From NCBI GenBank assembly GCA_963668695.2, contig CAXXLQ010000004.1, forward strand, positions 256,001 through 320,000: a stretch of DNA of 64,000 bases. Reading direction: 5' to 3'. Shown piece by piece: positions 19,813 to 29,367 of this stretch. Made by a program: the position numbers and the translations under genes. The stretch is from Vicinamibacteria bacterium (GTDB lineage: Bacteria > Acidobacteriota > Vicinamibacteria > Marinacidobacterales > Marinacidobacteraceae). Numbering within the stretch: the stretch's first letter is position 1; each line of letters starts with the position of its first letter. The notes beneath the pieces are model-generated. The model was given only the letters and a program-made list of their open reading frames with translations, ran no database searches and was not told the origin of the DNA.

Positions 19813-20033
19813 TAGCAGCCTGTGAACAAAGTCATATGGCCCAGTTCTCCCGGTGGGGGCTCGAGTGGCGATGCATCCCGGCTGGTACCCACCTCGAGAA
19901 CTGGCCGCCCCGCTCCGCGTTGCTCATCGTTGCGCTGCGGTCGAAATACACCGGGTATTTCTCCCTCGCGCGCCTTGTCAGCCGGGCGCCTTACCACTCT
20001 CGGCACTAACGCCACTTTGTCCACCGGCTGCTA
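19813..20033. mobile_element. MITE-like family A element
   Basis: TA-GCAGCCTGTGAACAAAG ... CTTTGTCCACCGGCTGC-TA. Confidence 0.8.
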
Positions 20034-20059
20034 GGGTAAATTGGGAGATAGGGCCAACG

Positions 20060-22234
20060 ATGATTCGGTTCGAGACGATTCGGGACCGGGTCCGGACTTA
20101 TCAACCCAACGCTGACTTCGATCTGCTCCGGGCTGCCTACGTGGTGGCGGCCCAGGCGCATCAAGGACAGGTCCGCCGCTCGGGCGAGCCCTATCTGAGC
20201 CATCCGCTTGAGGTGGCTGGAATCCTCGCGGATCTGAGACTGGACATCGTCTCAGTGGCATGCGGCCTCCTCCATGACGTCGTGGAGGACACTCACGTCA
20301 CCAACGAGGACATCGAACGCCGTTTTGGGCGGGACGTGAGCCGGGTGATCGACGGGCTCACCAAGCTGAGCCGGGTGGACTTCAGTTCCGCGGAGGCCAA
20401 TCAGGCGGAGAACGTCCGCAAGATGATCATCGCGATGACGGATGACACCAGGGTCATCCTGATCAAACTCGCCGATCGACTGCACAACATGCGGACGCTC
20501 GACTTCCTCCGCGAAGAGAAGAGGCAGCGTATTGCCACGGAGACCCTGGACGTCTACGCCCCGATCGCGGGTCGGCTCGGCATCGGCCGCATCGAAGCAG
20601 AACTTCAGGATCTGGCGCTTCGTCACCTCGAGCCCCAGACCTACCGGGTCCTCGAAGCCCGGGTCAAAGCCAAAAAGCGATGGGCAGAGGACTTCATTCG
20701 GGATCTCAGCCGGACGCTGAAGCGCGAACTGCAGGCAGAGACAATCCCAGGCGAATTGTCGGGACGGACGAAGAGCATCTACTCCATCCACCGCAAGATG
20801 CATCGGCAACAGATCGAGCTCGACCAGATGTACGACTTCATCGCTCTGCGGTTGGTGACCGACACCGTGCCCCATTGCTACACAGCGCTGGGAGTAATTC
20901 ACAACGTCTGGACACCAATCCCGGGACGCATCAAGGACTTCATCGCCATGCCGCGGGCCAACGGCTATCAGTCGCTTCATACCAGCTTGGTGACCGAGTC
21001 CGGGACCCACTTTGAAGTCCAGATCCGCACCACCGACATGCACCGGGTAGCGGAAGAGGGCATCGCCGCTCATTGGAGTTACAAGTCGTCCGGAAGCTAC
21101 GGAGAGCAGGACATCAAGCGCTTCGCATGGCTTCGCCAGGTTCTGGAGTGGCAAAAGGAAGTCAAGGATCCCCACGAGTTCCTCAGCAGCCTGAAGATCG
21201 ATCTCTATCCGGACGAGGTGCACTGCTTCACCCCGCGTGGGGAGGTCAAAACACTACCCCGGGGCGCAACACCGATCGATTTTGCCTATGCAGTCCACAC
21301 CGAGGTCGGGCACGCCTGCATCGGAGCCCGCGTGAACGGAGCCATGGCGCCGCTCCGCTCTCAGCTCCGGAACGGGGACATCTGCGAAATCCTCACCCGC
21401 AAGAACCATCTGCCGAGTGAGGATTGGCTCAAGATTGCCCGCACCAACCGCGCCAAGAGCAAGATCCGGGCACGGTTGAACGCCGAGGCCAAACGGGAGA
21501 GCATTGAAATCGGCCGAAAGCTTCTCGAAAAGGAAGCGCGCGCTCACGGCCTGAGCCTCCGACGCGTCCGTTCCGCGCCCGGACTCGCCGATGCGCTGAA
21601 ACGCCACGGCGCCGCAAGCCTGGACGATTTCTTCGCCGTCATCGGCTACGGCAAGGTGTCGGCCGCGCGGGCGCTCGCCGACTCGGTCCCCGCCGAACAA
21701 CTCAAACACCCAACCGAGAAAGCCCCCCCCTCCGAGACGGGGTTCGCGGGCGCTGTCCGACGCATCATCGGGCGTGATCCGGGGCAGATCCTCGTCAGCG
21801 GGCAAAACGACATCCTGGTCCACCGGGCTCGGTGCTGTTCTCCGCTTCCTGGAGAAGCGATCGCCGGGTACATCACCAAGGGGAAAGGCGTCGCTGTCCA
21901 CGCGGCTAAGTGCCGCCACCTCGCGGACCTGGTGCGGGATCCGGAGCGTCAGGTTTCGGTGTCCTGGAAGTCAGTCACCGGCGCGCGGTACGACGCCGGT
22001 TTTGTCGTACGGGTCGAAAACCGCAAGGGGATGCTCGCGGATATCACGAAGATCATCGCCGAGGCCGACACTGACATCCGGGCCTTCAAAGGCACTGCCG
22101 ACGACGCTGAGCGCGGCGCTATCTACGTGACTGTTGCGGTTCAAAACGCCAAGGAAGTCGGCACCATCTCACGCCTCCTTCAGACCGTCCCCGGAGTAAT
22201 CGAAGTCCAGCGCGGATCCCCCGTGTCCCGCTAG
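20060..22234 (+). CDS. relA: Bifunctional (p)ppGpp synthetase/hydrolase (Rel/SpoT)
   Basis: RRSGEPY, LHDVVED hydrolase motif, NGYQSLHT, EVQIRT, and TGS and ACT domains. Confidence 0.96.
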   Translation: MIRFETIRDRVRTYQPNADFDLLRAAYVVAAQAHQGQVRRSGEPYLSHPLEVAGILADLRLDIVSVACGLLHDVVEDTHVTNEDIERRFGRDVSRVIDGLTKLSRVDFSSAEANQAENVRKMIIAMTDDTRVILIKLADRLHNMRTLDFLREEKRQRIATETLDVYAPIAGRLGIGRIEAELQDLALRHLEPQTYRVLEARVKAKKRWAEDFIRDLSRTLKRELQAETIPGELSGRTKSIYSIHRKMHRQQIELDQMYDFIALRLVTDTVPHCYTALGVIHNVWTPIPGRIKDFIAMPRANGYQSLHTSLVTESGTHFEVQIRTTDMHRVAEEGIAAHWSYKSSGSYGEQDIKRFAWLRQVLEWQKEVKDPHEFLSSLKIDLYPDEVHCFTPRGEVKTLPRGATPIDFAYAVHTEVGHACIGARVNGAMAPLRSQLRNGDICEILTRKNHLPSEDWLKIARTNRAKSKIRARLNAEAKRESIEIGRKLLEKEARAHGLSLRRVRSAPGLADALKRHGAASLDDFFAVIGYGKVSAARALADSVPAEQLKHPTEKAPPSETGFAGAVRRIIGRDPGQILVSGQNDILVHRARCCSPLPGEAIAGYITKGKGVAVHAAKCRHLADLVRDPERQVSVSWKSVTGARYDAGFVVRVENRKGMLADITKIIAEADTDIRAFKGTADDAERGAIYVTVAVQNAKEVGTISRLLQTVPGVIEVQRGSPVSR

Positions 22235-22370
22235 GTCGAGCGGTCCGGAAGGGGGGGAAGCCCCCAGCTTCGCCGCCATGTGTTGGCTCCCGCTCGGGGA
22301 TCGCCGCGGGAAGGGCATCCACGCTGCTGGACGCAACGGTAACCGGCGGGACGGGGCCGAGGCGCTTAGG

Positions 22371-23804
22371 TCAGCCGACGGGGCTCGTAACCTCTTCTTG
22401 CTGTCTTGCCAGCCGCCGGAGGAGGTGATGGCTGTAAATCCCGGTCTCATGCCCGTCGTTCCAGTGGATCTGGACACCGTAGTTGCCGACCGGGACGAGT
22501 TTCTTGGGAGCAAAGTTGGTGGGCAACAGGAGGGTGAGGGACCGGCGCTTGCCACTCCATTCGTCGACGCAGGTGGCGCAGGGACAGTGGTTCCGCAAGT
22601 GCTCGAAACCGAAACGATCCTCGCCGCCATCATGCCAGCGGACCACCACCGCGTCCCCCTCCACCCGAACCGATTCGGCCACCCCGCCACGCTCGGCCTG
22701 GTTGGAGCGCGCCACCTCAAGCGCGACTTTCCGGGCAATCTCCCGGAAGGCGACAGCGGCCGGAGTCCCAGGATCGCGCACAACGGTAGGCGTCCCCGCG
22801 TCTCCTGCAACGACCACCCGAGGATCGAGCGGTACGCCTCCCAGGAAAGGAAGTCCAAGGTCCTGCGCCACCTCTTCGCCTCCACCGGTGGAGAAGATGT
22901 TTGTCGTTTCCCCGCAATGCGGACAGGCAAAGGAACTCATGTTTTCGATCACGCCCAACACGGGAACGCGCACCGGTTGGAACATCCGGAGTCCCTTCTC
23001 GGCAATCGTCCGGGCCACCGCCTGAGGAGTAGTGACGATGACCGCCCCGGCGAGCGCCGCGGTTTGGGCGACCGTGAGCTGAACATCACCGGTACCCGGG
23101 GGAAGGTCCACCAGCAGGTAGTCCAACTCTCCCCAGACCACGCCCGAGAAGAATTGCTGGACGAGCCGCGAAGCCATCGGGCCCCGCCAGATCACCGGAG
23201 TCTCCTTGGAGGACAGCATCCCCATGGAGATGAACCGGACGCCATGAGCCTCATGTGGCAAGAGACGGCGGTGTTCATCGGTGTCGGGTCGGTCGTCCAT
23301 TCCGAACATGGTGGTCTGCGAAGGACCGTAGACGTCCGCATCCAGGAGGCCGACGCGCGCCCCGTCCGCCACCAGGGCAACCGCGAGGTTGGCCGAGACT
23401 GTGCTCTTCCCTACCCCGCCCTTCCCGGACGCGATGGCCACCACGTTCTGGACGCCGTCAGGTTTCGTAGGATCCGGCATTGGGGCACGCGGCCCGGGGG
23501 ACCCGGACGGCGGGCCGGCGTCCTGCTGCACCCGCGAAGTCGGGGAAGCGCTCACTTCGGTCCGGAGCGACACCTCCGCCCGTTCGACTCCCGGCAACCT
23601 GAGAAGAGCGTCACGGACCTGCTCCCGGATCTCACCGCCGACTTGACTCCCTACGTTCGGCAGCGCCACCGTAACGCTGACGATGGGCCGGCAGATGCGG
23701 ATGTCCGCGACCTGGCCCAGGGACACAATGCTGTCGCCTCCGAATTCCCGGTTTCGGATCGGGGCGAGGATTTCCAGAACCTGCTTTTGGTCGAGTTGGG
23801 ACAT
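22371..23804 (-). CDS. apbC: Mrp/NBP35 Fe-S carrier ATPase with N-terminal DUF59-like and C-terminal DUF971-like domains
   Basis: SGKGGVGKS, DLPPGTGD and CPHC; C-terminal LRNHCPCATC and GNYGVQIHWNDGHETGIYS. Confidence 0.9.
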   Translation of the reverse strand: MSQLDQKQVLEILAPIRNREFGGDSIVSLGQVADIRICRPIVSVTVALPNVGSQVGGEIREQVRDALLRLPGVERAEVSLRTEVSASPTSRVQQDAGPPSGSPGPRAPMPDPTKPDGVQNVVAIASGKGGVGKSTVSANLAVALVADGARVGLLDADVYGPSQTTMFGMDDRPDTDEHRRLLPHEAHGVRFISMGMLSSKETPVIWRGPMASRLVQQFFSGVVWGELDYLLVDLPPGTGDVQLTVAQTAALAGAVIVTTPQAVARTIAEKGLRMFQPVRVPVLGVIENMSSFACPHCGETTNIFSTGGGEEVAQDLGLPFLGGVPLDPRVVVAGDAGTPTVVRDPGTPAAVAFREIARKVALEVARSNQAERGGVAESVRVEGDAVVVRWHDGGEDRFGFEHLRNHCPCATCVDEWSGKRRSLTLLLPTNFAPKKLVPVGNYGVQIHWNDGHETGIYSHHLLRRLARQQEEVTSPVG

Positions 23805-24025
23805 GAGAGTAGAAGGAGCGCCTCCGGCAGGTGGTCCCGCCAACCCGGCGGTAAGGGGCACTTAGGATAGCCGCCGGAGCCGCACCCGGGCACCGCGCAT
23901 GAGGGCTCAACGGCCGGAAGACTTGGTAACTCTTCTCCCGCTACAATCGGTGGACCGGCGGCGCCGCCAGGCTGCTCTGGGTAGCCGGTAAGGTGACGCG
24001 GCACTGACACTCTAGGAGGCCTCTT

Positions 24026-26371
24026 GTGAACGTCGCTCGCGCGGCACTCAGCTACCGGTTGCCGTTCGCAACCGCCCTCGCTCTTCTTTTCGTCGCAGCC
24101 CAGTCCGCCGCCGCGCGGGCTGCCGTTCAGGAGCAGCAGGACCCGCCCCAGAAGACGGAAGAGCAAAAGGAACAGTCAGAAGAAACGGCCGAGCCGACGG
24201 ACATTCTCCTGCGCTTCAGCGACCAGGTGGTGGTTTCCGCGTCGCGGGTCGAGCAGCAAATCGTGAACGCCCCGGCCGCGATCGCGGTGATCACCCGCGA
24301 GGTGATCGAAGCCCAGGCAGCCAACAACTTCGGCGACCTCCTGCGCCAGGCGCCGGGGGTCAATGTCACCCAGCTGAGCAACACCAGCTACAGCGTCAAG
24401 AGTCGCGGATCTCCCGGTGCCCTCTCCACCTCACAACTCGTCCTGGTGGACGGGCGATCCGTCTATCAGGATTTCTTCGGCTTCACCGCCTGGGATTTCC
24501 TGTCGGTGGGCCTGCACGACCTGGAGCGCATCGAGGTGGTAAACGGCCCGGCCTCGGCGGTCTGGGGCGCGAACGCCATGAGCGGGGTGGTGAACCTGAT
24601 CACCAAGGCGCCGCGGGACGCTTTGGGGACGACGCTGAACCTCCGGTTCGGCACATTCGACCGCAACGTCACCGGCAACCCGATGGACGCGGGCAGCCAG
24701 CTCATGGGCTCCCTGACCCACGCGCAGGCGGTAAACGACCGTTTCGCCTATCGCGCCACCGTGAGCTTCACGCATCAGGACGCCCTCCCGCGGCCGTTCG
24801 GGGAGATCCCGAACGACACCGGAACCCCCTACCCGCCGGTGCCAGGCGTGACGGCCCGCATGCCCAAGTTCGATTTTCGAGCCGACTGGGATTCCCCCGA
24901 CCGCTCAAGCGGACTCCGGTTCTCCGGAGGCTACGCCGCGAGCCAGAGCGTCCTCCACTCCGGCATCGGCCCCTTCAACGTGAAGCCGGGGACGAACATG
25001 TCGTGGGGCCGAGTGCAGTACGTTCGCGGGTCCATGGAAATCGGCAGTTTCTTCAACCGTACCGCTGCCGGGTTCACTTCGATTCTGTCCCGCGATCCAT
25101 CCGGGCGACCGCTCGAGGGCCAGATGAACTCGAGTACCTACGACGTCAGCTTCAAGGACACAAGATTCCTTGGGGGCCGGCATCTCCTCAGTTATGGCGC
25201 CAGCTCCCGGTTCATCACCCTCGACTTCGCTCTCGCTCCCCTCGGCGACGGGCGGACCGAGCAGGGGCTCTACGTGAACGACGAGATCTTTCTCAGCGAC
25301 CGCTGGCGATGGATCGTCGGGACCCGCGCGGACCGGATCAGCGTGCTGGACAAAATCGCCGTGTCTCCCCGAACGACCCTCATCTTCAAACCGACGCCCA
25401 CCCAGTCCTTTCGCGTCTCGTACAACCGCGCCTTCCGCGCTCCATCGCTCACCGACAACTTCATTGACACCCTTATTTCCCAGGAAGCCACGTTCGACCT
25501 TCGTCCCGTTTTCCGCGGCTTCTTCGGTGCGCTGAACGTTCCGGATTCCGCTCTGCCCGCGCCCGTGACCTACCGGATCCCGATCGGTATCGTGGGAAAT
25601 GGCTCGCTGGTCCAGGAAAAGCTCACTGCGTACGAGGTGGGGTGGTCGGGAGCCCTCAACGACTGGATGGGCGCGAGCGCAGCCTTCTATGTCAATCAGA
25701 TGACCAACGCCATTGACTTCACCGATGACCAATTCTGGTCCGGCGCGAACCCGCCTCCCGGGTGGAACGAAGCCTTCTCCGAAGTCGCGCAGTTCATCGG
25801 GCGCCTGGGGGCGGTGCTTCCTCCGGGAACCCTGCCTCCCGCGATCGGCGCGATCGCCGTGAATCCAGGATACCTGATCGACGCTCTCGAAGGACTCGCG
25901 GGGGTCCAGCTTCCGGCCACCTTCACCTACGTCAATCGGGCCTCGGTCCGGAATTCCGGATTCGAAGTCGGCCTCACGGGCCGACGGGGCAACCTCGGGG
26001 GTTTCCTCAACTACTCGTGGCACGCCGACCCGGTAGTCGAAGGATTCGGCGAGGAGGATGCCGATGAAGTCAGCGTGCCGGCGGCCCACCGTATCAATGC
26101 CGGCGTCGACACCGGGTTGGGCGCTTTCGATGTCGCGCTGTCGCTGAACTACACCGATCGCGCCTATTGGACGGACGTGCTGACGGCCGAGTTCCACGGA
26201 TGGACCGAAGCCTTCACCATGGTCAATGCCACCCTGGCGTTAAACCTGATGGAGGGTCAATTCCAGCCCTCGGTCCGGGTGATCAACCTCCTCAACCAGG
26301 AAATCCAAAATCACATCTTCGGCGATGTGCTGCGGCGGCAGATCATCGGGGGGTTGCGCTACCGGTTCTGA
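24026..26371 (+). CDS. TonB-dependent receptor (copy 1)
   Basis: Signal peptide, QVVVSASR TonB box region, RIEVVNGPASAVWG plug motif, terminal Phe; AGGAGG RBS. Confidence 0.93.
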   Translation: MNVARAALSYRLPFATALALLFVAAQSAAARAAVQEQQDPPQKTEEQKEQSEETAEPTDILLRFSDQVVVSASRVEQQIVNAPAAIAVITREVIEAQAANNFGDLLRQAPGVNVTQLSNTSYSVKSRGSPGALSTSQLVLVDGRSVYQDFFGFTAWDFLSVGLHDLERIEVVNGPASAVWGANAMSGVVNLITKAPRDALGTTLNLRFGTFDRNVTGNPMDAGSQLMGSLTHAQAVNDRFAYRATVSFTHQDALPRPFGEIPNDTGTPYPPVPGVTARMPKFDFRADWDSPDRSSGLRFSGGYAASQSVLHSGIGPFNVKPGTNMSWGRVQYVRGSMEIGSFFNRTAAGFTSILSRDPSGRPLEGQMNSSTYDVSFKDTRFLGGRHLLSYGASSRFITLDFALAPLGDGRTEQGLYVNDEIFLSDRWRWIVGTRADRISVLDKIAVSPRTTLIFKPTPTQSFRVSYNRAFRAPSLTDNFIDTLISQEATFDLRPVFRGFFGALNVPDSALPAPVTYRIPIGIVGNGSLVQEKLTAYEVGWSGALNDWMGASAAFYVNQMTNAIDFTDDQFWSGANPPPGWNEAFSEVAQFIGRLGAVLPPGTLPPAIGAIAVNPGYLIDALEGLAGVQLPATFTYVNRASVRNSGFEVGLTGRRGNLGGFLNYSWHADPVVEGFGEEDADEVSVPAAHRINAGVDTGLGAFDVALSLNYTDRAYWTDVLTAEFHGWTEAFTMVNATLALNLMEGQFQPSVRVINLLNQEIQNHIFGDVLRRQIIGGLRYRF

Positions 26372-26652
26372 TCCGGGCGCAAGCAGATCGAGGAGCGGGC
26401 GCCGACGCTGGTCCCCGCCGGCCGTTCCCTTGTCGGAAAAATATGTTCGGTGGAGGGGCTTCGGACTTCAGAAACCGGTCGAACCGACCCGGCGGTACGA
26501 GGCGCTTGCTTGGGTAAGCCGCCGGGATCGGAATCCCGGCGCGGCGCCTCAGGGCCCATCAAGCAAACGCCTCCCCGCCGTTCTCCACCTACAATGGGCG
26601 TGGGTCGGCGGCAGCGCCACGGCGGCGTCGCATGGACTCAAGGAGGCCTCCG

Positions 26653-29007
26653 GTGAACGTGAACCGCGCCACCCGCAACTACCCGTTGCCCCTCGCAGCT
26701 GTCTTCGCTTTCGTCTTCCTCGTAACCCAGTCCGACGCTGCGCGGGCACCCGTTCAGGAGCAGCGGGATCCGACGCAGGAAACGGAACAACAGGAAGAAC
26801 AGGGAGAGCAGGAAGAAGAGGCTGCGCGGGCACCCGAAATCCTCCCGCGCTTCACCGACCAGGTGGTGGTGTCCGCGTCGCGCGTTGAGCAGGAGATCGT
26901 GAACGCCCCGGCGGCGATCGCGGTGATCTCCAGCGAGGTGATCGAAACGCAGGCCGCCAGCAACTTCGGCGACCTGCTCCGCCAGGCACCGGGGGTCAAT
27001 GTGACCCAGCTCTCCAACACCAACTACAGCGTCACGAGCCGCGGTTCCTCCGGGGCGCTTGCCACGGCACAGCTCGTCCTGGTCGATGGGCGCTCCGTCT
27101 ATCAGGACTTCTTCGGCTTCACCAGTTGGGATTTTCTCTCGGTGGGGCTCGACGATCTGGAGCGGATCGAGGTGGTGAACGGGCCGGCTTCGGCCGTCTG
27201 GGGCGCGAACGCCATGAGCGGCGTCGTGAACCTGATCACAAAAGCGCCGCAGGACGCCCTGGGGACCACGCTGAACCTCCGGTTCGGCGCATTCGATCGC
27301 GACGTCACCGGCAACCCGATGGACGCGGGTAGCCAGCTCATGGGCTCCCTGACCCACGCGCAGGCCGTGAACGACCGCTTCGCCTACCGCGCGACCGTCA
27401 GCTTTACCCATCAGGATCCGCTTCCCCGCCCGTTCGGTGAGATCCGGAACGGGACCGGCACGCTGTATCCCCCCATCCAGGGGGTGACGGCCCGGATGCC
27501 CAAGCTGGATTTCCGTGCCGACTGGGACGCTGCCGACGGCGAAAGCGGCTTCCGGTTCTCCGGCGGCTACGGGGGGAGCCAGGGCGTCCTCCACTCCGGG
27601 ATCGGCCCCTTCAATATCCAGCGCGGGACCAACATGTCATACGGCCGCGTCCAGTACCTGCGCGGCTCGCTGGAAATCGGCGCCTTCGTCAACCGCACCT
27701 CAGCGGGGTTCAGCTCGATCCTGTCCCGGGATCCCTCGGGGCGACTGCTCGAGGGCCAGATGAACTCGAGCACCTACGACATCGGCCTGAAGGACACGAG
27801 ATTTCTGGGTGGGCGGCACCTTTTGAGTTACGGCGCCAGCGCCCGCTACATCACCCTCGACTTCACCCTCGCCCCCGAGGGTGACGGCCGCAGCGAGCAG
27901 GGGTTCTACGTCAACGACGAGATCTTTCTGAGCGACCGCTGGCGCTGGATCGTCGGATCCCGAGCGGACCGGATCAGCGTGCTGGACAGGATCGTGCTGT
28001 CCCCCCGCACGACACTCATCTTCAAGCCGACGCCGACGCAAGCCTTTCGCGTCTCGTACAACCGCGCCTTCCGCGCCCCGTCGCTCACCAACAGCTTTAT
28101 CGACACCTTTGTTTCCCAGGAAGCCACTTTCGACCTTCGTCCCGTTTTCCGCGGCTTCTTCGGTGCGCTGAACATTCCGGATTCCGCCCTGCCCGCGCCG
28201 GTCACCTACACGATCCCCATCGGGGTCGTGGGCAACCCCTCACTGGTCCAGGAGTCCCTTACCGCATACGAGGTGGGCTGGTCGGGGGCGCTCAACGACT
28301 GGATCGGCGCGAGCGCCGCCTTCTACGTCAACGATATGCGGGACAGCATCGACTTCACCGATCACACATTCTGGTCCGGCGCGAACCCGCCCGCCGGATG
28401 GAACGAAGCTTTCTCCGAGGTCGCGCAGTTCATCGGGCGCCTGGGAACTGTCCTTCCGCCGGGAACTCTGCCTCCCGCGATCGCCGCGATCGCCCAGAAT
28501 CCGGCCTATCTGATCGACGCGCTCGGCCCGCTCGCAGGCGTCCAGCTTCCGGCCACCTTCACATACATCAACCGGACATCGGCCCGAAACTCCGGGGTTG
28601 AACTCGGGCTCAGCGGGCGCCGCGGCAACGTCGGTGGTTTCCTCAACTATTCGTGGCAGGCCGAACCGGTCGTCGAGGGGTTCGGCGAAGAAGACGCCGA
28701 TGAAATCAGCATCCCGGCGGCGCACCGCATCAATGTCGGCCTCGACGCCGGGATCGGGGCTTTCGATATCGGGCTGGCGCTGAACTACACCGATCGGGCC
28801 TACTGGACCGACGTGTTGACGGCGGAGTTCCACGGCTGGACCGAGGCCTTCACGATGGTCAATGCCACCCTGGCGGTAAACCTGATGGAGGGCCGCTTCC
28901 AGCCCTCCGTCCGGATGATCAACCTGCTCAACCGGGAAATCCAGAATCACATCTTCGGCGACGTGCTGCGGCGGCAGATCATCGGGGGGTTGCGCTACCG
29001 GTTCTGA
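26653..29007 (+). CDS. TonB-dependent receptor (copy 2, close tandem paralog)
   Basis: Same motifs; long stretches identical to copy 1; AGGAGG RBS and GTG start. Confidence 0.93.
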   Translation: MNVNRATRNYPLPLAAVFAFVFLVTQSDAARAPVQEQRDPTQETEQQEEQGEQEEEAARAPEILPRFTDQVVVSASRVEQEIVNAPAAIAVISSEVIETQAASNFGDLLRQAPGVNVTQLSNTNYSVTSRGSSGALATAQLVLVDGRSVYQDFFGFTSWDFLSVGLDDLERIEVVNGPASAVWGANAMSGVVNLITKAPQDALGTTLNLRFGAFDRDVTGNPMDAGSQLMGSLTHAQAVNDRFAYRATVSFTHQDPLPRPFGEIRNGTGTLYPPIQGVTARMPKLDFRADWDAADGESGFRFSGGYGGSQGVLHSGIGPFNIQRGTNMSYGRVQYLRGSLEIGAFVNRTSAGFSSILSRDPSGRLLEGQMNSSTYDIGLKDTRFLGGRHLLSYGASARYITLDFTLAPEGDGRSEQGFYVNDEIFLSDRWRWIVGSRADRISVLDRIVLSPRTTLIFKPTPTQAFRVSYNRAFRAPSLTNSFIDTFVSQEATFDLRPVFRGFFGALNIPDSALPAPVTYTIPIGVVGNPSLVQESLTAYEVGWSGALNDWIGASAAFYVNDMRDSIDFTDHTFWSGANPPAGWNEAFSEVAQFIGRLGTVLPPGTLPPAIAAIAQNPAYLIDALGPLAGVQLPATFTYINRTSARNSGVELGLSGRRGNVGGFLNYSWQAEPVVEGFGEEDADEISIPAAHRINVGLDAGIGAFDIGLALNYTDRAYWTDVLTAEFHGWTEAFTMVNATLAVNLMEGRFQPSVRMINLLNREIQNHIFGDVLRRQIIGGLRYRF

Positions 29008-29026
29008 TCCGGGCGCAAGGAGACGA

Positions 29027-29334
29027 ACAGCCGGTGGTGGAACCCAGGCGGCGTTCGAGCGGCGATGCATCCCGGCCAGACAGCCGGTAGTGAAACCCAC
29101 GCGGCCCAGTTCTCCCGGTGGGGGCTCGGCCGGCGATCCATCCCGGCTGAACCGCGTCGCTGCGCGCCGCTCATCGTTGCGTTTCGGTCGGAATACACCC
29201 GGGCCAGTTCTCCCGGTGGGGGCTCCTCCCTCACGCGCCTTGTCAGCCGGGCCCCCACCGGGAGGACTGGCCCCACCGGGAGAACTGGGCCTCGCCGCTC
29301 TCGGCGCTCACCCGGGTTCCACCACCGGCTGTTA
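29027..29334. mobile_element. MITE-like family A element
   Basis: ACAGCCGGTGGTGG ... CCACCACCGGCTGT-TA; absent from the paralogous site at 26381-26400. Confidence 0.88.
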
Positions 29335-29338
29335 AGGA

Positions 29339-29363
29339 GCGGGCGCCGGTTTACGGCGCCCGC
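29339..29363. terminator. Hairpin between convergent genes
   Basis: GCGGGCGCCG-gttta-CGGCGCCCGC perfect 10-bp stem. Confidence 0.55.
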
Positions 29364-29367
29364 CCCT

